Assembly (NCBI GenBank): GCA_963765675.1
Contig: CAVXXK010000001.1
Span: forward strand, 1,376,001-1,440,000
From: an uncultured delta proteobacterium
GTDB lineage: Bacteria; Desulfobacterota; Binatia; Binatales; Binataceae
Length of the DNA: 64,000 nucleotides
Direction: 5' to 3'
This document shows, piece by piece, positions 31,225 through 40,548 of this stretch. The position numbers and the translations under genes are program-made. The notes below the pieces were generated by a model, which did not search any database, was not told the origin of the DNA, and saw only the letters and a program-made list of their open reading frames with translations. Position 1 is the stretch's first letter. Every line of letters begins with the position of its first letter.

Positions 31225-31317
31225 ACAGAAATTCCGGCTGCGGTTCAAGGTGAACCATGATGAGGTGTGCGGCGGTGTGAGGTGAGGTGCGGAAGCAGGG
31301 TGCGGAGCGGGTGAGGG

Positions 31318-32571
31318 TTAGGAGCGAAAGACCTCGACCGGCATTTCACGTGACGCCTGGCGCGCCGGATAGAGCGTCGCGATGAAGCACAGAAACATCG
31401 AGGCGACCGCGACCCACACGAAATTTATCGGACTGACGGAAATCGGCACGGTCGCGATTCCGTAAATTTCCTTCGAGATATGAATGAAATGGTAACGCGC
31501 GAGCGCGAAGCATCCGATTGCGCCCAGTAACTCGCCCGCGCTGGTCCCCGCGGCACCGACGATCAATCCTTTCAGCACAAAGATTCGGCGCACGTCGCTC
31601 CGCGTCGCTCCCATCGAGATCAGCACCGCGATATCCTTGCGCTTCTCCATCACCACCATGATCAGCGTCGCCACCAGGTTGAACGCCGCCACCCCGATCA
31701 GCAGCACCAGCACGATCGAGTAGATCTCTTTCAGCATCTGGAATCCCGCCGCCGCTGATTCGTTGTAGTCGATCCAATTGCGAATCACATAGGGCCGCCC
31801 ATAAATCTCGCGCAGCGCCGCCGTCACCGCGATCGTCTGGTCGAGGTTCGACAGGTGGATGTCGATACCGTCGGCCTTGCTCGGCCGTCCGAAGAAATTC
31901 TGCGCGTGCGTCAGATCCATGAAGACCATCTGTGTGTCGAGGAAACTCAGCCCGGAGTCGAAAATCGCGGTCACGGTAAAATCGCCGGTCCGGGTCGAAA
32001 GAGTTCCATCGGCGGACGATATGATCGGCGCGACCATCCGCAGCCGATCGCCGAGTTTCGCCTTGAGCGTATGCGCGAGTCCCGCTCCAATCGCGACTCC
32101 GCCGCCCGCCGATACTGCCGCGCCGCTCTGCGCCGTCGCGGGGTAGTCCTTCGCGAGCGCGGCCAGGGTTCCTTCGGTAACAAAGCGGCCCCATTCTTTT
32201 GCGACCGCGGGATTGCCGGGCTCGACGCCTCGTGCGACTACGCTGCCGATTCCGCGTCCGGAGCTGAGCATCCCCTGTCCGACGACGTACGCGTCGGCGC
32301 CATCGACACCGGGCACCGCGAGCACGCGCTTCTCGATCTCGCCGTACTTCGAGATCGAGCCTTCGGAGCTTTCGATTTTCACCTGCGGCGTCAGGCTCAG
32401 CACGCGCTCCTTGAGGCTCTGCTCGAACCCGCCCATCACCGCGAGCGTGATAATCAGCGCGGCGACGCCGATCATCACGCCGACGGCGGTGAAGATCGTC
32501 GTAACCGAGACAAATGCGTCCTTGCGCCGGGCGCGAAGGTAGCGGAGCGCGATCTTTAATTCGTAGCGCAT
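31318..32571 (-). CDS. LolC/E-family (FtsX-like) ABC transporter permease
   Basis: IALRYLRARR..GVMIGVAALIITLAVMGGF, AAFNLVATLIMVVMEKRKDIAVLISMGA, LYPARQAS. Confidence 0.88.
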   Translation of the reverse strand: MRYELKIALRYLRARRKDAFVSVTTIFTAVGVMIGVAALIITLAVMGGFEQSLKERVLSLTPQVKIESSEGSISKYGEIEKRVLAVPGVDGADAYVVGQGMLSSGRGIGSVVARGVEPGNPAVAKEWGRFVTEGTLAALAKDYPATAQSGAAVSAGGGVAIGAGLAHTLKAKLGDRLRMVAPIISSADGTLSTRTGDFTVTAIFDSGLSFLDTQMVFMDLTHAQNFFGRPSKADGIDIHLSNLDQTIAVTAALREIYGRPYVIRNWIDYNESAAAGFQMLKEIYSIVLVLLIGVAAFNLVATLIMVVMEKRKDIAVLISMGATRSDVRRIFVLKGLIVGAAGTSAGELLGAIGCFALARYHFIHISKEIYGIATVPISVSPINFVWVAVASMFLCFIATLYPARQASREMPVEVFRS

Positions 32572-32608
32572 CAGGAAGGAGCGGAGCAGCGTGACCGCGC
32601 CGGATGCG

Positions 32609-33823
32609 TCACATTATCACGTTTTCTTTTTTGAGCGTTTCGATTTCCGCGGCGTTCAGTCCGAGCATTCCGGAGAAAACTTCCTCGTTATCCTGCCCCA
32701 TGATCGGCGCGGCGAAACGCAGCGCGCCGGGCGTGCGGCTCATGCGATGCTCCAGTCCCTCGTACACCGACGGGCCCATTTCTTTGTGTTCGAGCCAATG
32801 CCAGAAATCAAACGCGTCAAGATTTTCATCCTGATGAAGATCGACGCAGTTCTGCACCGGATACGCCGCGATCCCGGCCGTCTGCAGCTTGCCCGTCAAC
32901 TCGTAAGCGTTGTGCGTGCGCGTCAGCGGGTTCACAAATTCGTCGAGCGCCGATGCGTTCTTGAGCCGTGCCGCGTGCGACGCGAAACGCGCATCGCCAG
33001 TCACGCCGAGCACTTGCAGCATCGCGGTCCACTGTGCGTCGTCGGCGACCGCGATCGCGATCCAGCGCTCGTGCCCGTCCTCGTCGGCGCACGGATACGC
33101 ACCGTGCGGAGCGTAGCGATCTGAGCGATTCGCGCGCGGCCCGAGCACGCGCCCAGTCGCGAAATAATCGATCAGCGCAGGCGCCATGTTGTGCAGCGCC
33201 GCTTCGTATTGCGACATGTCGATGTATTGGCCGATACCGGTGCGGCGGCGGTAGTCGAGCGCGGCCAGCAGCACCGACGCGGAAAATCGCGGCGCGACGA
33301 AATCGCTATACGCGCCGTAGGGCGGGCACGGCGAGTTCTCGTCGTAACCCGAGATGTAATAGAAGCCCGACAGCGCCGCCATCAACTGCCCGAACCCGGG
33401 ATAGAGCGCGTTGGGTCCCGTCTGGCCCTGCATGCAAGTCGAGAGCATGATCAGCTCTGGGCGCAGCTCGCACAGCTTCGGATAGTCGAGCCCCCAGTTG
33501 CGCATCGCTTTGGGCGTGAAGCTCTCGACCACGATATCGGCCCACGGCACCAGCTTCTTCACCAGCTCACGCGCCTTGGGTTTTCCGAGATCGAGCGTGA
33601 TGCCTTTCTTCGAGGTATTGTAGCTCGCGAAAAACTGGCTCGAATTGATTCCGGGCCGCGCGTCTTTCCATGGCGGCGCCAGGCGCAGCACATCGGGCCG
33701 CGCCAGCGACTCGATACGGATCACCTCGGCGCCATTGTCGGCGAGATACTTGGTCGTGATCGGTCCGACGCCGACCCACGCGAAGTCCAGGATCTTTACT
33801 CCCTCGAGCGCGAATTCACTCAT
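32609..33823 (-). CDS. Family III CoA-transferase (CaiB/BbsF-like subunit)
   Basis: LEGVKILDFAWVGVGP..LADNGAEVIRIES, NTSKKGITLDL, APHGAYPC. Confidence 0.88.
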   Translation of the reverse strand: MSEFALEGVKILDFAWVGVGPITTKYLADNGAEVIRIESLARPDVLRLAPPWKDARPGINSSQFFASYNTSKKGITLDLGKPKARELVKKLVPWADIVVESFTPKAMRNWGLDYPKLCELRPELIMLSTCMQGQTGPNALYPGFGQLMAALSGFYYISGYDENSPCPPYGAYSDFVAPRFSASVLLAALDYRRRTGIGQYIDMSQYEAALHNMAPALIDYFATGRVLGPRANRSDRYAPHGAYPCADEDGHERWIAIAVADDAQWTAMLQVLGVTGDARFASHAARLKNASALDEFVNPLTRTHNAYELTGKLQTAGIAAYPVQNCVDLHQDENLDAFDFWHWLEHKEMGPSVYEGLEHRMSRTPGALRFAAPIMGQDNEEVFSGMLGLNAAEIETLKKENVIM

Positions 33824-33835
33824 CGCGGTTTCCCC

Positions 33836-35095
33836 TCAGATCGCGCCGGCGGCGCGCAGTTCGCCAAGGCGCTTGTCGCTGAGCCCGAGCAATCCGCCGT
33901 AAATCTCGTGGTTGTGCTCGCCGATCTTCGGCGCGCGCGTTGGTGCGCCAAGCGGCGTGCGGCTGAGCTTGGCGAACGCGCCCGGCAGAGTCATCTTGCG
34001 CCCGAGCGTGTCGTGTTCGACCTGGACAAAATACTCGCGCGCCGTGAGCTGCGGGTCGCCCGCGATATCAGCGGCAGTTGCGATCGGCGCGAGCAGGATG
34101 CGCCGCTTGAGCGTGCCGTCGTAGATTTCCTTCTTGGTCATCGTCATGAAAAATTTCTGGATTCGATCCTCAAGGTCGCTGATCTCGAAGCGGTCGCGCT
34201 CAGTCAGCGCCATGAACATCCCGGGCACCCACGCCGCCCATTCTTTTTCGATCATCCACTGCGCGGCGAAGCCGGTCTCGTTCATCCACGCCACCAGCGC
34301 CTTGGTCGATGCTCCACCGAGCGTGCCGCCCGCGATGATCGTGGAGATGTGTCCGTCCTTGCAGCGGTAAATCATCTTGCGCCGGGCATCTTTCGAGCCG
34401 GTGAAGATTCCCGTGCGTTGAATATGATCGCCATGAAGGATCGGCATCGCCTGCTCGTTCATCAACGACCACGCGACGCAGGCCTGCATGTTTACGACGA
34501 TTTGCTGGCCGCGGCCGTCGCGCTCGCGCGCCTGATGCGCCAGCATCGAGGCGACCGCGGCCTCGCCGCCCGCATGCAGGCCGGCTTGCGGCAGGCTCAT
34601 CTGGAGCGGAGGCTTTCCTTCCTCGCCCATCATGTACATCGCGCCGCCCGCGGCCCAACTGATGATATCCGCCCACTTGTAGTTGCGCGCGGGACCGGTG
34701 TCGCCGAACGGCGTGACGGAAGTGTAGATGAGGCGCGGATTTTTTTCTGCGAGCGCCGCGCATCCGAGTCCGATCGAATCCAGATAGCCGCATTCGAACG
34801 ACTCGACCAGGAAGTCCGACTTCGCCGCGAGCGCCGCCGTGATTTCGCGCCCATCCGGTGAGTCGAGATTTGCGGTCACGGATTTTTTGCCGGCGTGATA
34901 GGCGATCGCGTAGAGGCTCCGATCGGAACCGGGCAGATCCTCGAGGAACGGCGGAATCGTTCGCGTCGAGCATCCGCGCGGAGGCTCGAGCTTGATCACC
35001 TCGGCGCCCATGTCGGCGAAAATCTTTCCGGCCAGCGCGCCTTTCTCGTCGGCCAGATCGAGCATCCGGAAACCCTTGAGCAACTCTGAAGCCAT
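33836..35095 (-). CDS. Family III CoA-transferase (CaiB/BbsE-like subunit)
   Basis: LDLADEKG..FADMGAEVIKLEPP, GKKSVTANL, SVTPFGDTGP, APKIGEHN. Confidence 0.88.
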   Translation of the reverse strand: MASELLKGFRMLDLADEKGALAGKIFADMGAEVIKLEPPRGCSTRTIPPFLEDLPGSDRSLYAIAYHAGKKSVTANLDSPDGREITAALAAKSDFLVESFECGYLDSIGLGCAALAEKNPRLIYTSVTPFGDTGPARNYKWADIISWAAGGAMYMMGEEGKPPLQMSLPQAGLHAGGEAAVASMLAHQARERDGRGQQIVVNMQACVAWSLMNEQAMPILHGDHIQRTGIFTGSKDARRKMIYRCKDGHISTIIAGGTLGGASTKALVAWMNETGFAAQWMIEKEWAAWVPGMFMALTERDRFEISDLEDRIQKFFMTMTKKEIYDGTLKRRILLAPIATAADIAGDPQLTAREYFVQVEHDTLGRKMTLPGAFAKLSRTPLGAPTRAPKIGEHNHEIYGGLLGLSDKRLGELRAAGAI

Positions 35096-35220
35096 GCGAT
35101 GTATCCTGCGCGAAAGTTCTTCGGGCACGCATCGCCCGCTAGCGCCCGCATTCTAGCGTCATCCGTGAGCAACATGGAACGGAATCGCGCGGCCCATGAG
35201 GGCATCGTTAGGTCATCTGC

Positions 35221-35538
35221 TGTCATTCCCACGACTGCCGCGCGAGGAATCCCATTGGCCCTGGCCTTTACGTACATCGCCGATGAGTGCATGGCCGCCT
35301 CGGGATTTCTCCCTTCGGTCGAAATGACGGACGTGGGCTTGGTGGTATGAATACTGGATCGTCTGCCAACATTGGTCGTCGTTCCAGAAACGTCCAATCG
35401 TCATTCCGAGCCATAGGCGAGGAATCCCGAGGCGTCCATGCTCTGCGTCGCCGGCTCATGCAGCGATCCTTCGATCGAGATTTCCTTCGGCCTTGCTCAG
35501 GACAGGCTCTCGCGCTGCAGCCGCGCGCGGGAATGACA
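35221..35538. repeat. Cluster of GTCAT(T)CC...GGAATC REP-like units including composite element 35289-35441
   Basis: Units at 35221-35253, 35302-35328, 35400-35441 and 35476-35538; homologous to 38935-39067 and 46613-46806. Confidence 0.8.
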
Positions 35539-35604
35539 CGAACCCTCGCAGGCTCTTGGCTGCGGCGATGCTTAGGCGATAAATCTCAGTCTGTAGGAAA
35601 CGAT

Positions 35605-36348
35605 ATGCAAGGGCGAGCTGACAGCATGACCCCCGACGTTGCGAAGTTTCGTGCCGACGGCTTTCTCGCGTTCGAGCAGCTCGCGGACCGCGCGACCGTC
35701 GCGGAGCTCGGCGGGCTCTACGATCAGTTCCTGTCCGGTGCAATCGATTGCTCGCCGACCGACCGGCGGCTCGGACGGGTCACGCGCCAGATCATGGTGC
35801 CGTCGCGCTATCATCCGTCGTTCGTGCGCAACCAGGCGCTGGAAAACGCCCGCGAGATCTCTCGCGCGCTGCTCGAGATCGACAAGCCCGAGTTCGTATT
35901 CGACATGCTGATCTACAAGCCGCCAGGCCATCGCGCGCCGACCCTGTGGCATCAGGATATGTCGTACGCGTACGCGCCGTTCGCGCGCGCGGGAATCCGC
36001 GTTCCGGAAAACGCGATCGTGCAGTTCTGGGTCGCGCTCGACGACGTGGATATCGAAAACGGATGCATGCATTTCATCCCGGGGCAGCATCGCGAACCGC
36101 TTTTGCAGCATTACGTCGCCGGCGGTGAACCAACTGACGACGACCGGATGCTCGCGATCGCTGATCCGGAAAAAGTGCTCGACCTCGAAAACGCCGTCGC
36201 GTGTCCGCTGCGCGCGGGAGGCGCGACCGTTCACAACTACGGCACGCCGCATTTCACGCCGCCCAATCGCAGCGCGAGCCGTCCGCGCCGCGCGTACATT
36301 TTCAACTTCGCCAACCCGGCGTGGATAAAAGTGAAGCCGAGGTTTTAA
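35605..36348 (+). CDS. Phytanoyl-CoA dioxygenase (PhyH) family Fe(II)/2OG enzyme
   Basis: KPPG..WHQD, WVALDDVDIENGCMHFIPG, TPHFTPPNRS..RRAY; start 35605 or 35626. Confidence 0.88.
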   Translation: MQGRADSMTPDVAKFRADGFLAFEQLADRATVAELGGLYDQFLSGAIDCSPTDRRLGRVTRQIMVPSRYHPSFVRNQALENAREISRALLEIDKPEFVFDMLIYKPPGHRAPTLWHQDMSYAYAPFARAGIRVPENAIVQFWVALDDVDIENGCMHFIPGQHREPLLQHYVAGGEPTDDDRMLAIADPEKVLDLENAVACPLRAGGATVHNYGTPHFTPPNRSASRPRRAYIFNFANPAWIKVKPRF

Positions 36349-36351
36349 GTT

Positions 36352-37164
36352 CTATTCCTTGAGCGCGGTGCGCGCCGCGCCGATCGCGGTTGCGTAGTCG
36401 GCGTGCTCGGGAATCACGAAGCGGCGGCCGAACGGGAAGTCGAGCCGCTTGGCTTCCTGCATGAAACGGAACAGCCGCGAGAGCTTGCCGGTCAGGACGA
36501 TATTCTCCTGTCCGCATGCGCGCGCGCTCGCGAGACTCAGCACGCCGATCGATTCGACGATCATGTTCATGATCGCAAGTGCCTTGTCTTCGGTGGTAGC
36601 GTCGGCGCCGATTTTGCCGAAATTCGCGGCCGTGGTTCCGGGCGGCAGATCGCCGATCGGACCGCCCGCGATATCGCGCACGGTCAAATCGATCCGGCGC
36701 AGATCGCCATTGCGCGCCAGCTCCTCGAGCCGTTCGATCGTCACCACGCCGAGCATGTGCCGCGCGAGGCCCAGCAAAGTTCCTCCGCCGACTCCGGTGC
36801 CGCTGAAGTGCTGAATCTTGCCGGGCGTGACCGAAACGATCGCCGTGCCGGTGCCGAGTGAAACCACGAGCGCCTGTTCCATTCCGGCCAGCGAAGTTCC
36901 GCCGACGCCGATCGCGGTGAACTCGTTGACTTTCAGGATCGGGCGCCCGAGCAGGGAATCGCCGAGCACGCGCGCGCCGGCTCCCGTCGCGGCGATCCGC
37001 TCGATATCCTCGAGCCGGATGCCGAACTCGGACGCGAGCTTTCCAAGTGCGCCCGCCGCGGCCGCGACCGGATCATTCGCTTCGATAGTGACGACGTGCA
37101 GTCCGCCATTTTCGATCACCACGGCATCCGTGGTTGAACCGCCGATATCGATTCCGACGATCAT
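36352..37164 (-). CDS. coaW: Type II pantothenate kinase (Fumble/CoaW family)
   Basis: GIDIGGS, ATGAGA, VNEF, SLGTGTAI, GTGVGGGTLLGL, GD..IDLTVRDI, TAANFGK, YATAIGA. Confidence 0.75.
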   Translation of the reverse strand: MIVGIDIGGSTTDAVVIENGGLHVVTIEANDPVAAAAGALGKLASEFGIRLEDIERIAATGAGARVLGDSLLGRPILKVNEFTAIGVGGTSLAGMEQALVVSLGTGTAIVSVTPGKIQHFSGTGVGGGTLLGLARHMLGVVTIERLEELARNGDLRRIDLTVRDIAGGPIGDLPPGTTAANFGKIGADATTEDKALAIMNMIVESIGVLSLASARACGQENIVLTGKLSRLFRFMQEAKRLDFPFGRRFVIPEHADYATAIGAARTALKE

Positions 37165-37288
37165 ATGGGGGTGCCGGCTCCTGTCCAGCCCGGCATCGAG
37201 GCTAGATCAGGCACCGCCGCCGACGCAATCGGCCGCTTAAGACACTCCCAGCCCCTGTCGGGGTGTCGACAAACGGGAGGTCTTTTCC

Positions 37289-37407
37289 GTCATCCTGAAC
37301 GGAGGGTGCCGCAGGCGAAGGATCTCCGCGAAGCGATTAGTGCGGAGAATCGGCGCTGGTTGCACTAATCGCTTCGCGGAGATCCTTCGCCTGCGGCTCA
37401 GGATGAC
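37289..37407. repeat. 119-bp palindromic MITE/REPIN-like element
   Basis: GTCATCCTGA...TCAGGATGAC termini and a long internal inverted repeat; near-identical inverted copy at 60508-60624 and half copy at 46354-46399. Confidence 0.88.
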
Positions 37408-37486
37408 ACCGACTCAGCATCAGCGAGAAACCCGACAACCGCCGTGCGAGCGGAGTTTCGGCGGGGGCTGTGCTAGCGTCGATCGC

Positions 37487-38827
37487 GTGGCGCGCAGGAA
37501 ACCATCGGGAACCGCGGAGCTGTTCAGGCCGCGGACGCCACTCGCGCAACCGCTTGCCGACCGGATGCGGCCGGCGCGGCTCGAAGAAGTAATCGGGCAG
37601 GAGCATCTGCTTGGTCCCGGCAAGCTGCTGACGCGGACGGTCGCGGCGGGGAAGCTGCACTCGATGATCCTGTGGGGACCGCCGGGTGCGGGCAAGACCA
37701 CGCTCGCGATCCTGCTCGCGCAGCAATCGGGCGCGGAGTTTCATCGCCTGTCAGCGGTCAGCGCGGGAATCGCCGATCTGCGCGATGCGGTCGAGGACGC
37801 GCGCCGCGCGCTGGAGAGCGGCAAGCGCACGGTGTTGTTTATCGACGAGATTCATCGATGGAACCGCGCGCAGCAGGACGCTTTTTTGCCGCACGTCGAG
37901 AGCGGACTCATCACACTGATCGGCGCCACGACCGAGAATCCGTCGTTCGAGGTAATCTCGCCGTTGTTGTCGCGCGCTCGCGTGATCGTTCTGAACCCGC
38001 TCAGCGAAGAAGCGCTGCGCACGATCATCACGCACGCGCTCGAGGACCGCGAGCGCGGTCTTGGCGCGAAGGAATTTTCGCTCGGCGCGAACGCGATGGA
38101 CGAGTTGCTGCGCTTTTCGGGCGGCGACGCGCGCCGCGCGCTCAACACGCTCGAAATCGCGGGCGAGCTCGCGGGGCAGGCGGACTCGAAGGAGATTTCC
38201 GCCGACGCAGTGCGCGAAGCCGCGCAGCACAAGGCGCTGCTTTACGATCGCGCGGGCGAGGAGCATTACAACGTCATCTCGGCGTTTATCAAAAGCATGC
38301 GCGGAAGCGACCCCGACGCCGCGCTCTACTGGATGATGCGGATGGTCGAGGCGGGCGAAGAGCCGCTGTTCATCGCGCGGCGGATGGTGATCTTCGCGTC
38401 AGAGGACGTCGGCAACGCCGACCCGCGCGCGCTGCAGATCGCGCTTGCGGTCAAGGACGCAGTCGATTTCGTCGGCCTGCCCGAGGGCGTGATTCCGCTG
38501 GCGCAGGGCGTGACCTATCTTGCGTGCGCGCCGAAATCCAACGCGTCTTACCTGGCGATGAACCGCGCGCGCGAGGATGCGCAGCGCGGCGCGCTGGCAG
38601 TGCCGATGCATCTGCGCAATGCGCCGACCGCGATGATGAAGGGCCTCGGCTACGGCAAGGATTATCGCTATCCGCACGACTACGAGGGCGCCGTCACGAG
38701 CCAGAGTTACTTACCCGATGAGCTTGCCGAGCGTATCTACTACGAGCCCAACGAGCGCGGCTACGAGGTCCGCATTCGCGAATGGCTCGAGCGGGCGCGC
38801 GCCGCGCGCAAGAATCCAAAGTCATAG
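37487..38827 (+). CDS. rarA: Replication-associated recombination protein A (MgsA/RarA)
   Basis: PLADRMRP, WGPPGAGKTT, FIDEIHR, GATTENPSF, ISAFIKSMRGSDPD, ASEDVGNADP. Confidence 0.95.
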   Translation: MARRKPSGTAELFRPRTPLAQPLADRMRPARLEEVIGQEHLLGPGKLLTRTVAAGKLHSMILWGPPGAGKTTLAILLAQQSGAEFHRLSAVSAGIADLRDAVEDARRALESGKRTVLFIDEIHRWNRAQQDAFLPHVESGLITLIGATTENPSFEVISPLLSRARVIVLNPLSEEALRTIITHALEDRERGLGAKEFSLGANAMDELLRFSGGDARRALNTLEIAGELAGQADSKEISADAVREAAQHKALLYDRAGEEHYNVISAFIKSMRGSDPDAALYWMMRMVEAGEEPLFIARRMVIFASEDVGNADPRALQIALAVKDAVDFVGLPEGVIPLAQGVTYLACAPKSNASYLAMNRAREDAQRGALAVPMHLRNAPTAMMKGLGYGKDYRYPHDYEGAVTSQSYLPDELAERIYYEPNERGYEVRIREWLERARAARKNPKS

Positions 38828-38934
38828 GGTAGTAGTTGAACAAGAAAAATATAGCAGTTTCGGACGACGAGACATTTCCCCGTGGAGGAGTCTCCGTGCA
38901 TGTCCCTCGGCCATTGCGCAACATGCGGGTGAGT

Positions 38935-39067
38935 GCACGGACGCCTCGGGATTCCTCGCCCACGGCTCGGAATGACGGTCGGGAGACTCGGCTGAGACTG
39001 CGATACTTACGCACCAAGCTCACATCCGTCATTTCGACCGAAGGGAGAAATCCCGGAGCGTCCGTGC
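38935..39067. repeat. Composite REP doublet, inverted homologue of 35289-35441
   Basis: GACGCCTCGGGATTCCTCGCC...GGCTCGGAATGAC and GTCATTTCGACCGAAGGGAGAAATCCCG arms shared. Confidence 0.82.
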
Positions 39068-39179
39068 TCCGAGCTGACGGTTACGTGCAGTGGCACTCTC
39101 GCTGGGGATTCTTGCGTGTGATGCGCACGACAACGGTGAGCGCAATGGCACGCACAACAGAGCGAGCGCGAGAAGATTG

Positions 39180-39218
39180 AAAACCACAAACCGCAAGGCG
39201 GGTTCGCCTTGCGGTTTG
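39180..39218 (-). terminator. Intrinsic terminator downstream of HU gene
   Basis: 14-bp perfect stem CAAACCGCAAGGCG/CGCCTTGCGGTTTG followed by a T-rich tail on the minus strand. Confidence 0.7.
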
Positions 39219-39278
39219 CTGAAAGACTATCGGTACTCTGCTCCGGAACGCGGGCGCAGCCGATTCTTAATCCTTCGG

Positions 39279-39569
39279 TTACTTGCGTTTGGCTCCGAGG
39301 ACCGCGTCCTTCAGCGCCTTGGCCGGCGTGAAGCGCAGCCGGGTACGCGCCGGAATCTTGATCGCTTCGCCCGTGGCGGGGTTGCGGCCCATCCGCGCCT
39401 TGGATTGGCGTTTGCGGAAAATTCCGAGCCCGGCCAGGCGCAGAGAACCTTCCTTCTTGAGTTCGCGAACGACCAGAGCGGTCAACTCCTCGAGCGCCGC
39501 CTTTCCCTGCTTCTTGGAAACTCCGAGCTTGTCAGCCATGTGGGCTGCTACCTGCGACTGCGTCATCAT
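39279..39569 (-). CDS. hup: HU family DNA-binding protein
   Basis: GLGIF..ARMGRNPATGEAIKIPA..FTPAKALKD; AGGAGG SD. Confidence 0.92.
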   Translation of the reverse strand: MMTQSQVAAHMADKLGVSKKQGKAALEELTALVVRELKKEGSLRLAGLGIFRKRQSKARMGRNPATGEAIKIPARTRLRFTPAKALKDAVLGAKRK

Positions 39570-39783
39570 CCGCCTCCTTGCGGCCCGATATTCGGGCTTT
39601 GGCAAAGGGTGACTAAGTGGCAGTCATTTTTCAAGGGGCGACTGCTGTGATCTATGCACATTTCCTAGAAATCGAGCGAGTTTTTGAACAGGAGGCCGCG
39701 GTTTCCACACGCAGAGCGGGGTTTGCGCGTCCGAGGCTCCGCGCGCCGCGCTATGACAGGCGTTTCCGCGCGCGCACCGGCGC

Positions 39784-40515
39784 TCAATAGCGCACTTCAG
39801 TGAGATAGAGACCGGCCGAGGGCGCAGCGGCGGGAGCGCGTGCGCGATCGCCCGAGGCGAGGATCGCCGCGATTTCGGCGGCGTCGATTCGGCCGCGCCC
39901 CGCCTCGATCATCGCCGCCACCATCGTGCGCACCATGTGGCGTAGGAAGCTGGTCGCCTCGACATTGTAGATGAGCAGCTCGCCCTCGCGCCGCCAGTCG
40001 CTCGCTATCACGCGGCGCATCGTGGTTCTTTCCTCGGAGCCAAGCGTGCGCATCGCGGCGAAGTCATGCTCGCCGACAAACACCGCCGCCGCCGCCCGCA
40101 TCGCGGCGAGATCAAGCGTCGCGCGCACCAGGTGGGCGTAGCGATACTCGAACGCCGACGCGACCGCGCGGTTCAGCACTCGATACTCGTAGATCCGCGA
40201 GCGCGCGTCGCGTCGCGGATCGAAATTGTCAGGGGCCGAAGCTGCTTCGAGGATCACGATATCGTGCGGCAGGATGCCGTTGAGTGCGCGCTGCAGTTCG
40301 TCGAGGGGGAATTCGCGCGGCAGCCGGATCGCGGCGACCTGCCCGCGCGCGTGGACGCCGGCGTCGGTGCGGCCCGCGCCGTACACGCGAACCGCCACGC
40401 CGAAAATCTGCGCGAGCGCCGCCTCGATCCGTCCCTGGATCGAATCCTGGGCCGCCTGCAGTTGCCATCCGCAGTACGCCGTGCCGTCGTATTCGAGCGT
40501 CAGCTTTACGAGCAT
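39784..40515 (-). CDS. truA: tRNA pseudouridine(38-40) synthase
   Basis: EYDGTAYCGWQ, AGRTDAGVHA.GQ, GEHDF, SFLRHMVR, GLYL. Confidence 0.95.
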   Translation of the reverse strand: MLVKLTLEYDGTAYCGWQLQAAQDSIQGRIEAALAQIFGVAVRVYGAGRTDAGVHARGQVAAIRLPREFPLDELQRALNGILPHDIVILEAASAPDNFDPRRDARSRIYEYRVLNRAVASAFEYRYAHLVRATLDLAAMRAAAAVFVGEHDFAAMRTLGSEERTTMRRVIASDWRREGELLIYNVEATSFLRHMVRTMVAAMIEAGRGRIDAAEIAAILASGDRARAPAAAPSAGLYLTEVRY

Positions 40516-40548
40516 TGCGCGCCCGTCCGAAGGTACGTCAGCCGGAAG

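Noticed and set aside
37165-37288. Possible riboswitch or pan-motif-like leader upstream of the pantothenate kinase
   Set aside because: Only short GC hairpins (TGCCGG/CCGGCA) seen; no consensus I can support without an Rfam search.
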